From IMG/VR virus record IMGVR_UViG_3300032373_000001: a DNA stretch of 64,000 bases. One strand, 5' to 3'. Source of the stretch: a virus. Taxonomy: Duplodnaviria; Caudoviricetes. This document shows, one piece after another, positions 7,938 through 17,073 of the stretch. Within the stretch, counting starts at the first letter, position 1, and each line of letters opens with the position of its first letter. The translations under genes were made by a program, and so were the position numbers. The notes under the pieces were generated by a model. The model saw nothing but the letters and a program-made list of their open reading frames with translations. It had not been told where the DNA came from and did not search any database.

Positions 7938-9307
7938 CAGACTCTCCTAAGTGCAGGGGGCTGGCTGGACCGGACCTTGACCCGGATGACCTCGGGCTCC
8001 TGGGGCTCCTGGGGCTCGTCGCCACCCCCCAAGTTGTCGAAGGGATCCCCTTCCAGCGAGCGGCCCTCGGGGGAGGGGGGATCGTAATCCGGAGCCGGGG
8101 ACATGTAGAGGACCAGGTTGACCTCTTGCTCGAACTTGCCGATGCCGTGAGTCATCAGACGCTCCACGACAGCCCGCAAGAAGGCCCCGCTCAAGCCCTC
8201 AGTCTGCCCCACTACTTGGCGGAACATCTCAGGGTCATCCTCGAAGCCGGTGAAGTTCATCGACTGGGCGTAGTGCTGGAGGATGAGAGCACGGTCCGAC
8301 TCGGCCGGCAAGTAGAGGGTGATGGTCTCTTCGATGCGCCCAGGGCGCATGCCCTCAAAGTGCCAGCTGCCCGGTTTTGGCTCCAGGTCGGCCATCTTCC
8401 CGCTGAGCATCATCGTGACGATGACGAGCGTGTCGGGGGAGCGGAGCAGCTCCAGGACACTGAGGAACAGGCCCGTGTACCGAGGGTTGCTCAGCTCCAG
8501 GTCGTCCAACAACAAGACCGTTGGGCGGAACCACTTCAGGACCCCCATCAGGTCTTCTTCGCTGAACTTGTGGAGGGCGTCGCCCGAGATCTTGAGGGTG
8601 CGCCCGTCGCCTCGCTTCAGGCCGCGAGAGATGTGCTGGGCCAAGGTACTCTTGCCGACTCCGGTCGGCCCCCGGAGCAAAAGCGTCCGGGGGCCTGGAG
8701 GGTACGCCTTGACTCGGTTGACCCAGTAGTCCACGTCTTGCTGGTGGCTGAGGTAGGGGCCAAGAGGCTCCATCGGGGCCAAGGTGATGCCTGTGCTGCC
8801 TGTGCGACGAATGCTGAGGCGGTCGCTTCGGTCCCAGAGGAATTCCAACGCATCCCGGAGGGCATCATCGCCGCGAGTGGGGTTCTTGAAGAAGCTGACG
8901 GAGCTCTCTTCCCTCAGGAAGCCAAAGCAGGGGTGGCCCTCCCCATCCCTCCAGATGTAAGCGTGAACTCCTTCTTCAAAGGGGATGCTCTCAGAACCTC
9001 CCCGTTTGTGCAACTCCTGGTACAAGAACAGCTCCAGAGGCACCTCTTCGTAGTAGAGGCCGATGCTGGTCATGAAGTGCCAGGGGTGAACCTTGGGGTA
9101 CAGGAAGTCCGTCACGCCCTTGATGGCCCCCACTCCCGCGAGGAACTGGCTGAGGTAGCCGCCTCCACGAGCGTGCCAGAGGATCTCCAGGATGCTGACT
9201 GCCCCGTTGAAGTACTCCTCATTGTTCCGGAGCCACAAGACCCAGGGTGGGATCTCGCTCGGGTCTGCAGTCGCCTTCTTCTTTGAGGGGGTCGGTCCTC
9301 TTGACAT
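7937..9307 (-). CDS. AAA+ ATPase
   Basis: Walker A GPTGVGKST, Walker B LLLDDLE, second region of homology MRPGRIE; start MSRGPTP at 9307. Confidence 0.9.
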   Translation of the reverse strand: MSRGPTPSKKKATADPSEIPPWVLWLRNNEEYFNGAVSILEILWHARGGGYLSQFLAGVGAIKGVTDFLYPKVHPWHFMTSIGLYYEEVPLELFLYQELHKRGGSESIPFEEGVHAYIWRDGEGHPCFGFLREESSVSFFKNPTRGDDALRDALEFLWDRSDRLSIRRTGSTGITLAPMEPLGPYLSHQQDVDYWVNRVKAYPPGPRTLLLRGPTGVGKSTLAQHISRGLKRGDGRTLKISGDALHKFSEEDLMGVLKWFRPTVLLLDDLELSNPRYTGLFLSVLELLRSPDTLVIVTMMLSGKMADLEPKPGSWHFEGMRPGRIEETITLYLPAESDRALILQHYAQSMNFTGFEDDPEMFRQVVGQTEGLSGAFLRAVVERLMTHGIGKFEQEVNLVLYMSPAPDYDPPSPEGRSLEGDPFDNLGGGDEPQEPQEPEVIRVKVRSSQPPALRRV

Positions 9308-9309
9308 CG

Positions 9310-9660
9310 CTACTTCTTCCTCCGTCGTTTGGAAGTGACTGGGGTGGCTCGGGTGGTGGGAGGGGCTGGCCCCTCCCCTCCGGCAGGAACCACCCGAGCC
9401 CCATTCAAGACTCGATAGGGGCAGGCCCCACACTTGGACTCTTTCATGAGGTAGAGGCCACAGGCCCCTTGCCACACGCGAATCTTCGCGTATGTCGCAG
9501 AGTCGACTTGCTCGCGGACCATCTGGACTGCTTGGTCCAGAGGCATGTCCCCGGCCGGAGGACCGTAGGCAACCATCTCGATGGGGGGCCACTGAACCCC
9601 CACCGCGCATGACAGCTCCCCCTCGGGCAACTCCAGCTTCCCCATCCGGTACTTCGGCAC
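9310..9660 (-). CDS. hypothetical protein
   Basis: 116 aa, ACGL..KCGACPY, fills gap between polymerase and ATPase. Confidence 0.65.
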   Translation of the reverse strand: MPKYRMGKLELPEGELSCAVGVQWPPIEMVAYGPPAGDMPLDQAVQMVREQVDSATYAKIRVWQGACGLYLMKESKCGACPYRVLNGARVVPAGGEGPAPPTTRATPVTSKRRRKK

Positions 9661-9668
9661 GGAACCTC

Positions 9669-12494
9669 CTACAGACCCTCGGCGATGGCAACAGCCTTGA
9701 ACTCTTGAACGGCGACCTTAAAGGTCTCGCCGACCAAATCGTACCCGTGCTCGTCCACCACACGCAGGTCATCCATCCCCTTGCCTCGACAACGGAGCAG
9801 GGCGCGGGCGACCCGCTCGGCGTTCTCGGGAGTCAGACGGTTGCTACTGAGGACAAAGCGGTGGATGCCATCGACGACGTCCATCGGAAGGCCCCCCTCT
9901 TCCGCTTCCTCTTCTTCCTTGGGGGGAGGGGGCTTCAGGAGGGAGGACGCGGAGTCCTCCGGGAGGGAATCTACATCCACCCCCTCAACCGGCTTGCCTC
10001 CGTGACTGAGGTAGTTGGCGTAGCCCTTCGGGAAGACCTTGACCAACTCCGATGTCCAGTCGCCACCGCCCTGATTGTAGCTCATCTCGGTGTAGTTGTA
10101 GGGGACGGTCCAGTCGTCGCCGAACTCGATGTCGACCTTCAGGGGAACCTGCCAGGGGAGGTTCTTGGTGGTATCGAAGCACATGATGCGTTCGATTAGC
10201 TCCAGGGCCTCCTCGGCGATAGAGTCGTGGATCTCGAAGACCAGCTCATCGTGGATGGTGATGACCATGTAGATGAGGTCCGCACCGCTCTTGCGGAGGA
10301 TCCACCCCTTCTTCTTGAACGCCCGATACAAGAGGCCCATAGCCAGCTTCATAATGTCGGCCGAACCGCCCTGGACGGGACCGTTCACAGCGTTGCGCTC
10401 CGCCTTGGATCGGAACTTCATGAACTCGTGGTCGATGTCCGGCACCGGGTACTTCCGCCCGAACGGAGTCATCACATACTTCCACTTCTTGGCCAGGGCG
10501 TGCTGCTGCGACCACCACCGCTGAAGGACCCTGTAGGTCTTGTCGAACTGATGCTTGATGCGCCAGCCTTCTTCCTTGCCGCAGTTGTCGACGCTGCGCA
10601 TAACGGCGGTGCCGGTCCCTCCATAACAGAGGAGAAAATTTACGATCTTGCCGTCCTGACGCTTCATCTTGAAATACTTCGGGTCATCCTCGGGCTTGAT
10701 ACCGTAGATGTTCATGGTGGTGAGCGTGTGAAGGTCCCCAATCTTATCGGAACCGCACTCAGGGCAGAACGGGGGCGGGCGCTTGTCCCGCTCGAAGAGA
10801 AAGTCGCACTTCGAGCAGTGGAAGAACTCGTGGAGCCACTTGGGCTCGCCGCTCAGGTTGGTGACGATCCGGAGCTCGACGCCAGAGTAGTCGACGGCAT
10901 AGGACCGGAACTTGCCCTCGAACCCTTCCAGGGCAATGCGCGTCGCCGGGCGCGCGGCGATGACCTCTCGCTGGCGGTAGACGCACTCCGGCGGGGGGTT
11001 CTTCTTGTCGTAGTAAGCAGCCTTGGTGCTCTGGACGTTCCAGTTGACCTGACCGTGAAACTCCTTCTTGTTTCGAGGAGTAGGAGTGCTGAACCGGCCC
11101 GTTTCCACCTTCAGCCCATTGAAGTTGGCCCACACGCAGCCGTCCGGGCTGCGCTCGGGGGTGGTGTCTCGGTAGAGGTTGAACAGGACGTTGCCCAGCG
11201 CCTTGGTCACCTCACGGAACCGGCTGATCTTCTTCATCCACGGATAGGCTTCCCCGGCTTCGGAGATGACGGCTTCCAGCACATCCTTCGATGTCTTGAC
11301 CTGCCCCGAAGCGGCGGTTGCGATGAGGTTGGGCACCCCCAACTCCCGGAACAGCTTGCCCAGCTCTGAGGGGATGGTCACGTCGTAGCAGCCGGGGAAG
11401 TTGACCGACTCAAGCTCTATCTTAGCCGAAAGTTCCTCCCCGTCTTTGCGGAGCTTGACGACCGACTTTTGGGTGGTCATCGCGGAGTCCTTCGGGACTC
11501 GCCGCATACACTGCGCCCGGAACTCCATGTAGTCGGGGCTGACGAGGTCGGGGTCGAAGGTGCGCTCCATCTCCCGGAACCAGTTGGGGCGAGCGTCCCG
11601 GTCCAGGACCTCTTCCACCGCATCGTACACCTCAACCAGACAGTCCCACCACTCCTTCTGGCCCTTTTGAAGCAGCTCCACCAGCCGCTCGCGGTCTACA
11701 TAGATGCGGCACTGCTCCATGTAGAGCGTTCCCAGGGCGCAGACCTTCTCGATGAGGTACACGGTCTTCTGGGAGTTGCCGAAGGAATCCTTCTCAACCA
11801 CCAACGGCAGGTTGATTTCGGTCAAGGCGAAGGTACACATCGCGTCGGACGCTGCGTACCAGAGCGTCGGGGTCCAGCGAGGATCCAGCTTACTGAAGTT
11901 GTACTCTTTCTTCTTGCCCTTGTCGATGATGAACAGCTCTTTCAGCTCAATCATCTCACGATCCAACAGCCGCTTCGACTGCGCCTTGAGTCCCTTGGTC
12001 TTGTCGCGGGAGTCCTTGAGGTAGGTGAGGATGAGGTTGTCTTCCCAGGTGTTGGGATCGTCCCAATCCCCGGTAGATCCTGCGGGCTCGTACTTCAAGA
12101 ACTTGATGTCGAACTTGGCGTTGTGGAAGTAGAACTTGACGCCCTTCTCGCGAAGGCGCTTGACCATGGCCACCACCAAACGCGGAGGCACGTTCGCGTC
12201 GGCACCCTGCTCCCGGTGCCGCATTGGGACGTACCAGCCCCGGTCAGGGGTGGTCGCGAAGCACATGCCGACAATCTTGTCGCGGGTGACATACTTGCCG
12301 TCATCCGCGTCGAAGGCGCGCTGGTCGAGCCCGGTCGTCTCCAGGTCCAGGGCAGCCTTCCCTGCCGCAAGAATCTCCGCCTCCAGCTCCGCGAGGCTAT
12401 CCTGCGAGGCAAGGAGAAACGTGCACTTCTCCATCCAAGGCTTGGGGTGTACGGTAGGCTTATTCAGCTCCTCAAACTGGGCGAACAGGTCCAT
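9669..12494 (-). CDS. polA: family A DNA polymerase with 3'-5' exonuclease
   Basis: Exo I DLETTGLD, Exo II HNAKFD, Exo III YAASDA; TGRFS; motif A DYSGVELR; motif B RQDGKIVNFLLCYG; motif C TIHDELVFE. Confidence 0.96.
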   Translation of the reverse strand: MDLFAQFEELNKPTVHPKPWMEKCTFLLASQDSLAELEAEILAAGKAALDLETTGLDQRAFDADDGKYVTRDKIVGMCFATTPDRGWYVPMRHREQGADANVPPRLVVAMVKRLREKGVKFYFHNAKFDIKFLKYEPAGSTGDWDDPNTWEDNLILTYLKDSRDKTKGLKAQSKRLLDREMIELKELFIIDKGKKKEYNFSKLDPRWTPTLWYAASDAMCTFALTEINLPLVVEKDSFGNSQKTVYLIEKVCALGTLYMEQCRIYVDRERLVELLQKGQKEWWDCLVEVYDAVEEVLDRDARPNWFREMERTFDPDLVSPDYMEFRAQCMRRVPKDSAMTTQKSVVKLRKDGEELSAKIELESVNFPGCYDVTIPSELGKLFRELGVPNLIATAASGQVKTSKDVLEAVISEAGEAYPWMKKISRFREVTKALGNVLFNLYRDTTPERSPDGCVWANFNGLKVETGRFSTPTPRNKKEFHGQVNWNVQSTKAAYYDKKNPPPECVYRQREVIAARPATRIALEGFEGKFRSYAVDYSGVELRIVTNLSGEPKWLHEFFHCSKCDFLFERDKRPPPFCPECGSDKIGDLHTLTTMNIYGIKPEDDPKYFKMKRQDGKIVNFLLCYGGTGTAVMRSVDNCGKEEGWRIKHQFDKTYRVLQRWWSQQHALAKKWKYVMTPFGRKYPVPDIDHEFMKFRSKAERNAVNGPVQGGSADIMKLAMGLLYRAFKKKGWILRKSGADLIYMVITIHDELVFEIHDSIAEEALELIERIMCFDTTKNLPWQVPLKVDIEFGDDWTVPYNYTEMSYNQGGGDWTSELVKVFPKGYANYLSHGGKPVEGVDVDSLPEDSASSLLKPPPPKEEEEAEEGGLPMDVVDGIHRFVLSSNRLTPENAERVARALLRCRGKGMDDLRVVDEHGYDLVGETFKVAVQEFKAVAIAEGL

Positions 12495-13083
12495 CAGGGC
12501 TCCGGGTCTTGCGCAAGGCTTCTTTGGTCGTGTGGATGATCTTGTGCATTATTACCCGCACCGGGGCCTGCTGCCCTCCGGCCTCGTATGAAAGCCGGGT
12601 TTTATCGTAGGCTTCCCACAACTTTGCGCAGGAAGTTGGCGGCAAGCTGCGCTCCTGGGTGGTGAGTGAGAGCAGCCGTTCTGTTCGCACAATCATCTGT
12701 TCGGCAGTGATGGACGCATCAAGGGCCTCAGCAACCACCGACCGGGCAGTCTGCTCTTCCTCTTCAGGCTCCCACGGCAGAGGTTGGAGCCCGTAGGACT
12801 TCTCAAGCCTCTTGACGGCTTGCCAGAAGCTCAGGCCCTCTTTCTCCCGGACCAGGGCAATGGCATCCCGGCTCTGGCCGCAAGCAAAGCAGAAGAACTG
12901 CTCGGACTCTGGATAGTATCGGGCGGAGGGCGTGTTGTCCGAACCATCCCCATGAAGGTCGCAGCTAAACTGCTGCCCCCGCTCCCCGTACTCCGGATAG
13001 ATGGAGTAGCCGTAGTCGTGGAGGACCTGGGCCAGGGAGACATCTTCTCGGATCCGATCCGCCGCTCTTCGGAGCCTGCTCAC
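12472..13083 (-). CDS. DNA primase CHC2 zinc-binding domain protein (no TOPRIM domain)
   Basis: CDLHGD..DNTPS...FFCFACG..DAIALVREKEGLSFWQAV matches DnaG zf-CHC2; only 203 aa. Confidence 0.85.
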   Translation of the reverse strand: MSRLRRAADRIREDVSLAQVLHDYGYSIYPEYGERGQQFSCDLHGDGSDNTPSARYYPESEQFFCFACGQSRDAIALVREKEGLSFWQAVKRLEKSYGLQPLPWEPEEEEQTARSVVAEALDASITAEQMIVRTERLLSLTTQERSLPPTSCAKLWEAYDKTRLSYEAGGQQAPVRVIMHKIIHTTKEALRKTRSPDGPVRPV

Positions 13084-13640
13084 TTGAGGGAAGCCTTACA
13101 CTGCCGCTCTTGCTCCTCATACTGCGCCTGTACCTCTGAGGGGCCGAGTCGCGAGGTCCGGACTCCGAGCGTCTCTGCTGCCCGGCTGCCATATTTCCGG
13201 AGCACATAAGGCGGGTCGGCGTACCGCAGGGCGAACTGATCCGCAGAGTACTCTGCCCAGACCGAAAACCCAAGAAAGAGCAAGACGTACAGGGCGACCT
13301 GACCCACTATGGCAGCCAAGGACCCCCGCCATGAGACGACATTCCAGGTCTTCCAGACGACCAGGACCACCAACAGGCTCAGCAATCCGATCAGCCCACC
13401 TTGCTGACGGGGCAGCAGGACCCAGTGGCCGAGCTCGTGGGCGATGACGAACTCCTCCAGTGCAGGGGGAGCATCATACAGGGCACGGTTGAGGCAAATC
13501 CCAGTGCCGGACCAAGTGACCGCCCCCGCAATGGGGCCGTCTACCGAGCCGAAGAAGGCATGCGGAGGGCATTGCTCAAGGCCGATCTCTTCGGCCTTGG
13601 TGCAGAAGTGGTCGCTGAGTTCAGCGTCGACGGGATCCAT
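13080..13640 (-). CDS. membrane zinc metallopeptidase (M48/M56-like)
   Basis: FVIAHELGH, two hydrophobic helices, EYSADQFA third-ligand motif. Confidence 0.8.
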   Translation of the reverse strand: MDPVDAELSDHFCTKAEEIGLEQCPPHAFFGSVDGPIAGAVTWSGTGICLNRALYDAPPALEEFVIAHELGHWVLLPRQQGGLIGLLSLLVVLVVWKTWNVVSWRGSLAAIVGQVALYVLLFLGFSVWAEYSADQFALRYADPPYVLRKYGSRAAETLGVRTSRLGPSEVQAQYEEQERQCKASLK

Positions 13641-14280
13641 AAATCTCCCCGAGGGTTCGGATGCCGTCGAAACTTACCTGAGAGGGCGGTTGAGGTCCGC
13701 ACCACTGAAGCATCTGGTAGAAGTCCCAAGCATCGGGGCCCCCATAGGACCCATGAGATTCCCCATAGGCGAAGACCCTCCCCAGGACCATGCCCCTGTC
13801 AAAGGTGTCACAGGCACGCAAGAGATACTCTGGGCCGTAGTCGCCGCTCCCGCGCTTGACGTTCCACACCAACGCATTCGCACCGCCCAGGAGGGCGCTG
13901 CAGTGGGACAGCCCTCGGGGCCCCATCTCAACGGGCCCCGAGACAAGCGACGGGATCAAATCGATGTCCCCTAAGACAGAGGCTCGGAGGTCGGGGGCGA
14001 CGCAAGAAGCTACCAGCTGGGCATGCCTCCGCAAGAAGCGGAGGCACCAATGGGCGGTGAGCATCCTCATCTCTTCCAGGCCCCAGAACTGATAGGCAAT
14101 GGCCCAGGCGTATCGAATCTTGCCCTGATAGCCAAGCTCACACACAGCATCCCCCGGATGGTGCCAGATAGACTGGACCAGCTCCAGCGACTGCCGCACT
14201 TCAGGCTTGTGGAGGTCGCCGGGCTCCTTGAGCTGGGTGAAGAGTTCCCTCAATCCGTCTGTTCGACCGCTTCGGGGCAC
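13621..14280 (-). CDS. hypothetical protein
   Basis: ORF tiling the minus operon. Confidence 0.65.
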   Translation of the reverse strand: MPRSGRTDGLRELFTQLKEPGDLHKPEVRQSLELVQSIWHHPGDAVCELGYQGKIRYAWAIAYQFWGLEEMRMLTAHWCLRFLRRHAQLVASCVAPDLRASVLGDIDLIPSLVSGPVEMGPRGLSHCSALLGGANALVWNVKRGSGDYGPEYLLRACDTFDRGMVLGRVFAYGESHGSYGGPDAWDFYQMLQWCGPQPPSQVSFDGIRTLGEIYGSRRR

Positions 14281-15074
14281 TGATCCTCCAAGAGGCGGAC
14301 CTCCTTGGCCCAGCCCCGCTTGAGCAGTTTACGGTAGCCGGGGCTCATGGTGCGGAAGGCATCCCTCAACGGCCGAGACTGAGCCAAGACGAGAAACAGG
14401 TTCTGCGCCAGGGCCTCCGGAGGCCCTCCCGCCCAAGCCACCCCCAAGCAGTGCTCAGCGATTACCGAGAGGATCTGCTCATGCTGCTCGTCTTTGAGCT
14501 TCCCCCAAAAAATGCTCGCATGCGGGTGGTTCAAGAGCTCTCCGGCGATGGCGTAGAACACCTTGGCCAGGTCTCCTTGCTCGTCGGTGTAGTTCTCCTG
14601 GGAGTCAAGGTACAGCTCCTTGATTTCCTCGCCCGTGTAGACTCGAACCTCCTCCTCCTTCGGGGCCATGAGGCCAGCCACCACGGGACTCATGCTGGCG
14701 ATGCGGCTCATGAGGGCCAACCGCTGAACCCTCCCCAGAGGGTGATCCGCGATCAGGTCCTGGTGGCGACTGAGGCAACCGCCGCAATCCGTTGTCTCCT
14801 GGCGGGCGAACCGGGGACAATCCTGGGGGGCAGGGCAAGACTTCTTGCCCCAGCTCAGGACCCTCCGACAGCAAGACAAGCAATCGAAGACCTCACTGAG
14901 CGCCGGGGAGCGGTCTTCTTCGGAAAGATTCAGGACCTCCGGAAGGTCAAGGTACATCTCGCGGGGGAGGTTCCAGCGCGTAGCTGGACACTGCTCTTTC
15001 GCGGGGCAGCTTTCGCAGGGGGACCAATCGACTTTGCGGTAGGGCTTGATCGGCAAGCTGTGCCTCCTACGCAC
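14250..15074 (-). CDS. hypothetical Cys-rich protein
   Basis: CESC..C, CLSCC, CP..C, CGGC motifs. Confidence 0.7.
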   Translation of the reverse strand: MRRRHSLPIKPYRKVDWSPCESCPAKEQCPATRWNLPREMYLDLPEVLNLSEEDRSPALSEVFDCLSCCRRVLSWGKKSCPAPQDCPRFARQETTDCGGCLSRHQDLIADHPLGRVQRLALMSRIASMSPVVAGLMAPKEEEVRVYTGEEIKELYLDSQENYTDEQGDLAKVFYAIAGELLNHPHASIFWGKLKDEQHEQILSVIAEHCLGVAWAGGPPEALAQNLFLVLAQSRPLRDAFRTMSPGYRKLLKRGWAKEVRLLEDQCPEAVEQTD

Positions 15075-15771
15075 GCTCTACCCCCAGCATCTCCAGCCTC
15101 GCCAGCACCAAGAAGGCATCCAGCAACCCCGAGTGGTCGCCCAACTGACGGCGGGCCTCGCAGATTCGGGTCACTGCCTCTTGAGCGTCCCGGAGGGTCA
15201 GAGGTTCTTCTCGGTCCAGGTAGCGAAGCGCCCCCTTGAGGTGGCTGGCGGCTTGCTTGGGTCCCTGCCTCCTACGATAGCCGGTCAGCAGGTGTTGCCA
15301 GGCGAAAAACTCCACCTCATCCTTGAGCGGTCGGCGCGGAGGAAGGACCACCCCATGACCCCTCAAGCGCTTGACGATGGAGCCTTCCCCCGTAGCGTAC
15401 ACTGCAGGGGCGCTGACCCGGAAGAATTCAAGGAGCCAACTCTGGGCAAGCAGCACCCCTTCCTCCGGGGTGAACCACGAGGGCAACGTCTTCCAGTAGC
15501 GGTGGAACCGCTCCGAATCAGAGCTCAAGAACGAGTGGAAGACCCTCGACTCGGAGGCCCCCAGAGAGATTCGAAGCTCCTCCGCCTGGTCGAACAGGTC
15601 TTGGTTGACGATGCGGTCTCCCATAGACCCGAACGACTCCGCGTACAGGGCGAAGAGCCCCTCTCGGAGCTCTCCGGGAAGGTCGGTCCAAGCTACGGGG
15701 TCGGTCTCCGCACGCCCTTCACCCCGAACCACCGGGTCACGTCCACTTCCGCTCGGTCGCCCGCACTCCAT
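15067..15771 (-). CDS. hypothetical protein
   Basis: ORF tiling the operon; start uncertain. Confidence 0.65.
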   Translation of the reverse strand: MECGRPSGSGRDPVVRGEGRAETDPVAWTDLPGELREGLFALYAESFGSMGDRIVNQDLFDQAEELRISLGASESRVFHSFLSSDSERFHRYWKTLPSWFTPEEGVLLAQSWLLEFFRVSAPAVYATGEGSIVKRLRGHGVVLPPRRPLKDEVEFFAWQHLLTGYRRRQGPKQAASHLKGALRYLDREEPLTLRDAQEAVTRICEARRQLGDHSGLLDAFLVLARLEMLGVERA

Positions 15772-16928
15772 GTCTGGAACTCCCCTTGACTTGTGAGGTG
15801 CGCGTACGACTTACCGGAACCGTAGGCCATGCTCACCCGGTAGGAGCTGGACCGGGAGGACCGCTCCAGGGCACGGAGAGTGAAGTCGGGCCAGTAGACG
15901 TTGTGGTCGTTGCCCGAAGCGCGGACGGTACGGCCGCTGGCCCAGCGCTGGGTGCGATACTCGCACTTGTCTTCCACCACCGGCTCCTCGCAGTACTTGG
16001 GGACGTCTTTGCAATCCTCGCCGACCTTCTCCTTCTTCGGGACGTCCACGCAGACCTCCTCAGCGAACCCGTTGCCGAGGTCGTTGACCTTACACTCTTC
16101 CTCGGTGTAGCGGCGGTAGATGGGCTCGCACTCCTCCTCCGTCCCGCACTGAACGCGGGTGGTCTTGCGGGAGTCTTCCCAGCAACGGACCATGTCCATC
16201 CCTGCCCGTTCCCCGCTACCGTTGACTGGGCGAATCTCCCGTCGCTCGCTGGCGTCGCTGCGCCACTCAGCCACGGTCGTGTCGGTCCACACCTCAGTGG
16301 TGATGGTGCGGCTCCAAGAGAGGCTGCTCACCTTGGCAGGCTGCCACTCCGACTGGGACCCGTACCAGAGGAACCAGACGAGGAAGCAGACCGCCACTGC
16401 CCCCAGGAGGATGTACAGGGCAGTCAGGCCCCCACCGCCCGCAAAGACGGCAGCCATCCCTCCCCGAGTTCCGCCGTTGCCCGCAGAAGACGTCGACGAT
16501 CGCTGCGGGGTTCGAGGCGACGGGGTTGCGGCAGGGGTTTGGGGGGTGAAGCGAGGCCGCGGTGCGGCTTGCCGCAAGGTCGGAGTGGGTGCCGGTTGGG
16601 GGCGGGGCTCTGGGCGACCGCTGAACTTGGGCAGACCTCCGGTCGCCTTGTTGTGCCCCCCTCGGGGGAGGCCGCACTGCTTGCAAGCGTCCGCGTCACC
16701 CCGGTTGCCAGCACTGCATCCCTCGCAGTGCCAGTCTGCACCCGCACGGGCCTTTTCGAGCAACTTCGGGTCGGTCACAGTGTTGTCCCGGTCGATGCGA
16801 GCACCCTTCAGCTCAGCACCCTCACGGGGATTCCCGCAGTTCGGGCAGATCTTGTGCCGACCCTTAATTGACTTGGAGCCGCAAGAGTCGCAGCCCCAAG
16901 ACATCTCAATAATCCGACGACGAGCCAT
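15693..16928 (-). CDS. RanBP2-type double zinc-finger membrane protein
   Basis: WGCDSC..CPNCG and WHCEGC..N..CKQCG fingers, Pro-rich linker, one TM helix, C-terminal soluble domain; AGGAGG RBS. Confidence 0.8.
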   Translation of the reverse strand: MARRRIIEMSWGCDSCGSKSIKGRHKICPNCGNPREGAELKGARIDRDNTVTDPKLLEKARAGADWHCEGCSAGNRGDADACKQCGLPRGGHNKATGGLPKFSGRPEPRPQPAPTPTLRQAAPRPRFTPQTPAATPSPRTPQRSSTSSAGNGGTRGGMAAVFAGGGGLTALYILLGAVAVCFLVWFLWYGSQSEWQPAKVSSLSWSRTITTEVWTDTTVAEWRSDASERREIRPVNGSGERAGMDMVRCWEDSRKTTRVQCGTEEECEPIYRRYTEEECKVNDLGNGFAEEVCVDVPKKEKVGEDCKDVPKYCEEPVVEDKCEYRTQRWASGRTVRASGNDHNVYWPDFTLRALERSSRSSSYRVSMAYGSGKSYAHLTSQGEFQTWSAGDRAEVDVTRWFGVKGVRRPTP

Positions 16929-16992
16929 TTTGTAGCCTCCTGCCCGCGACGGGCAGTCCGGCTTACGGCACGGTCAAGCGTGCGCTATTTCG

Positions 16993-17046
16993 GACCCGCT
17001 GGGAGGGTCCTCCGCCCCTTCTCGTAGGGCGGAGGACCTCCGGGTC
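16993..17046. other. GC-rich intergenic stem-loop
   Basis: 12-bp stem GGTCCTCCGCCC/GGGCGGAGGACC (17006-17017/17027-17038), outer GACCCG/CGGGTC; no U-tract. Confidence 0.7.
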
Positions 17047-17073
17047 GTGGGGGAAGCTGAGGCCCACAAGCCG

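Noticed and set aside
7583-9286. Long plus-strand ORFs antisense to real genes (also 1749-2846, 27956-30430, 34391-36454, 39458-40912)
   Set aside because: Shadow frames typical of high-GC codon bias; no motifs or RBS, and the opposite strand carries recognisable proteins
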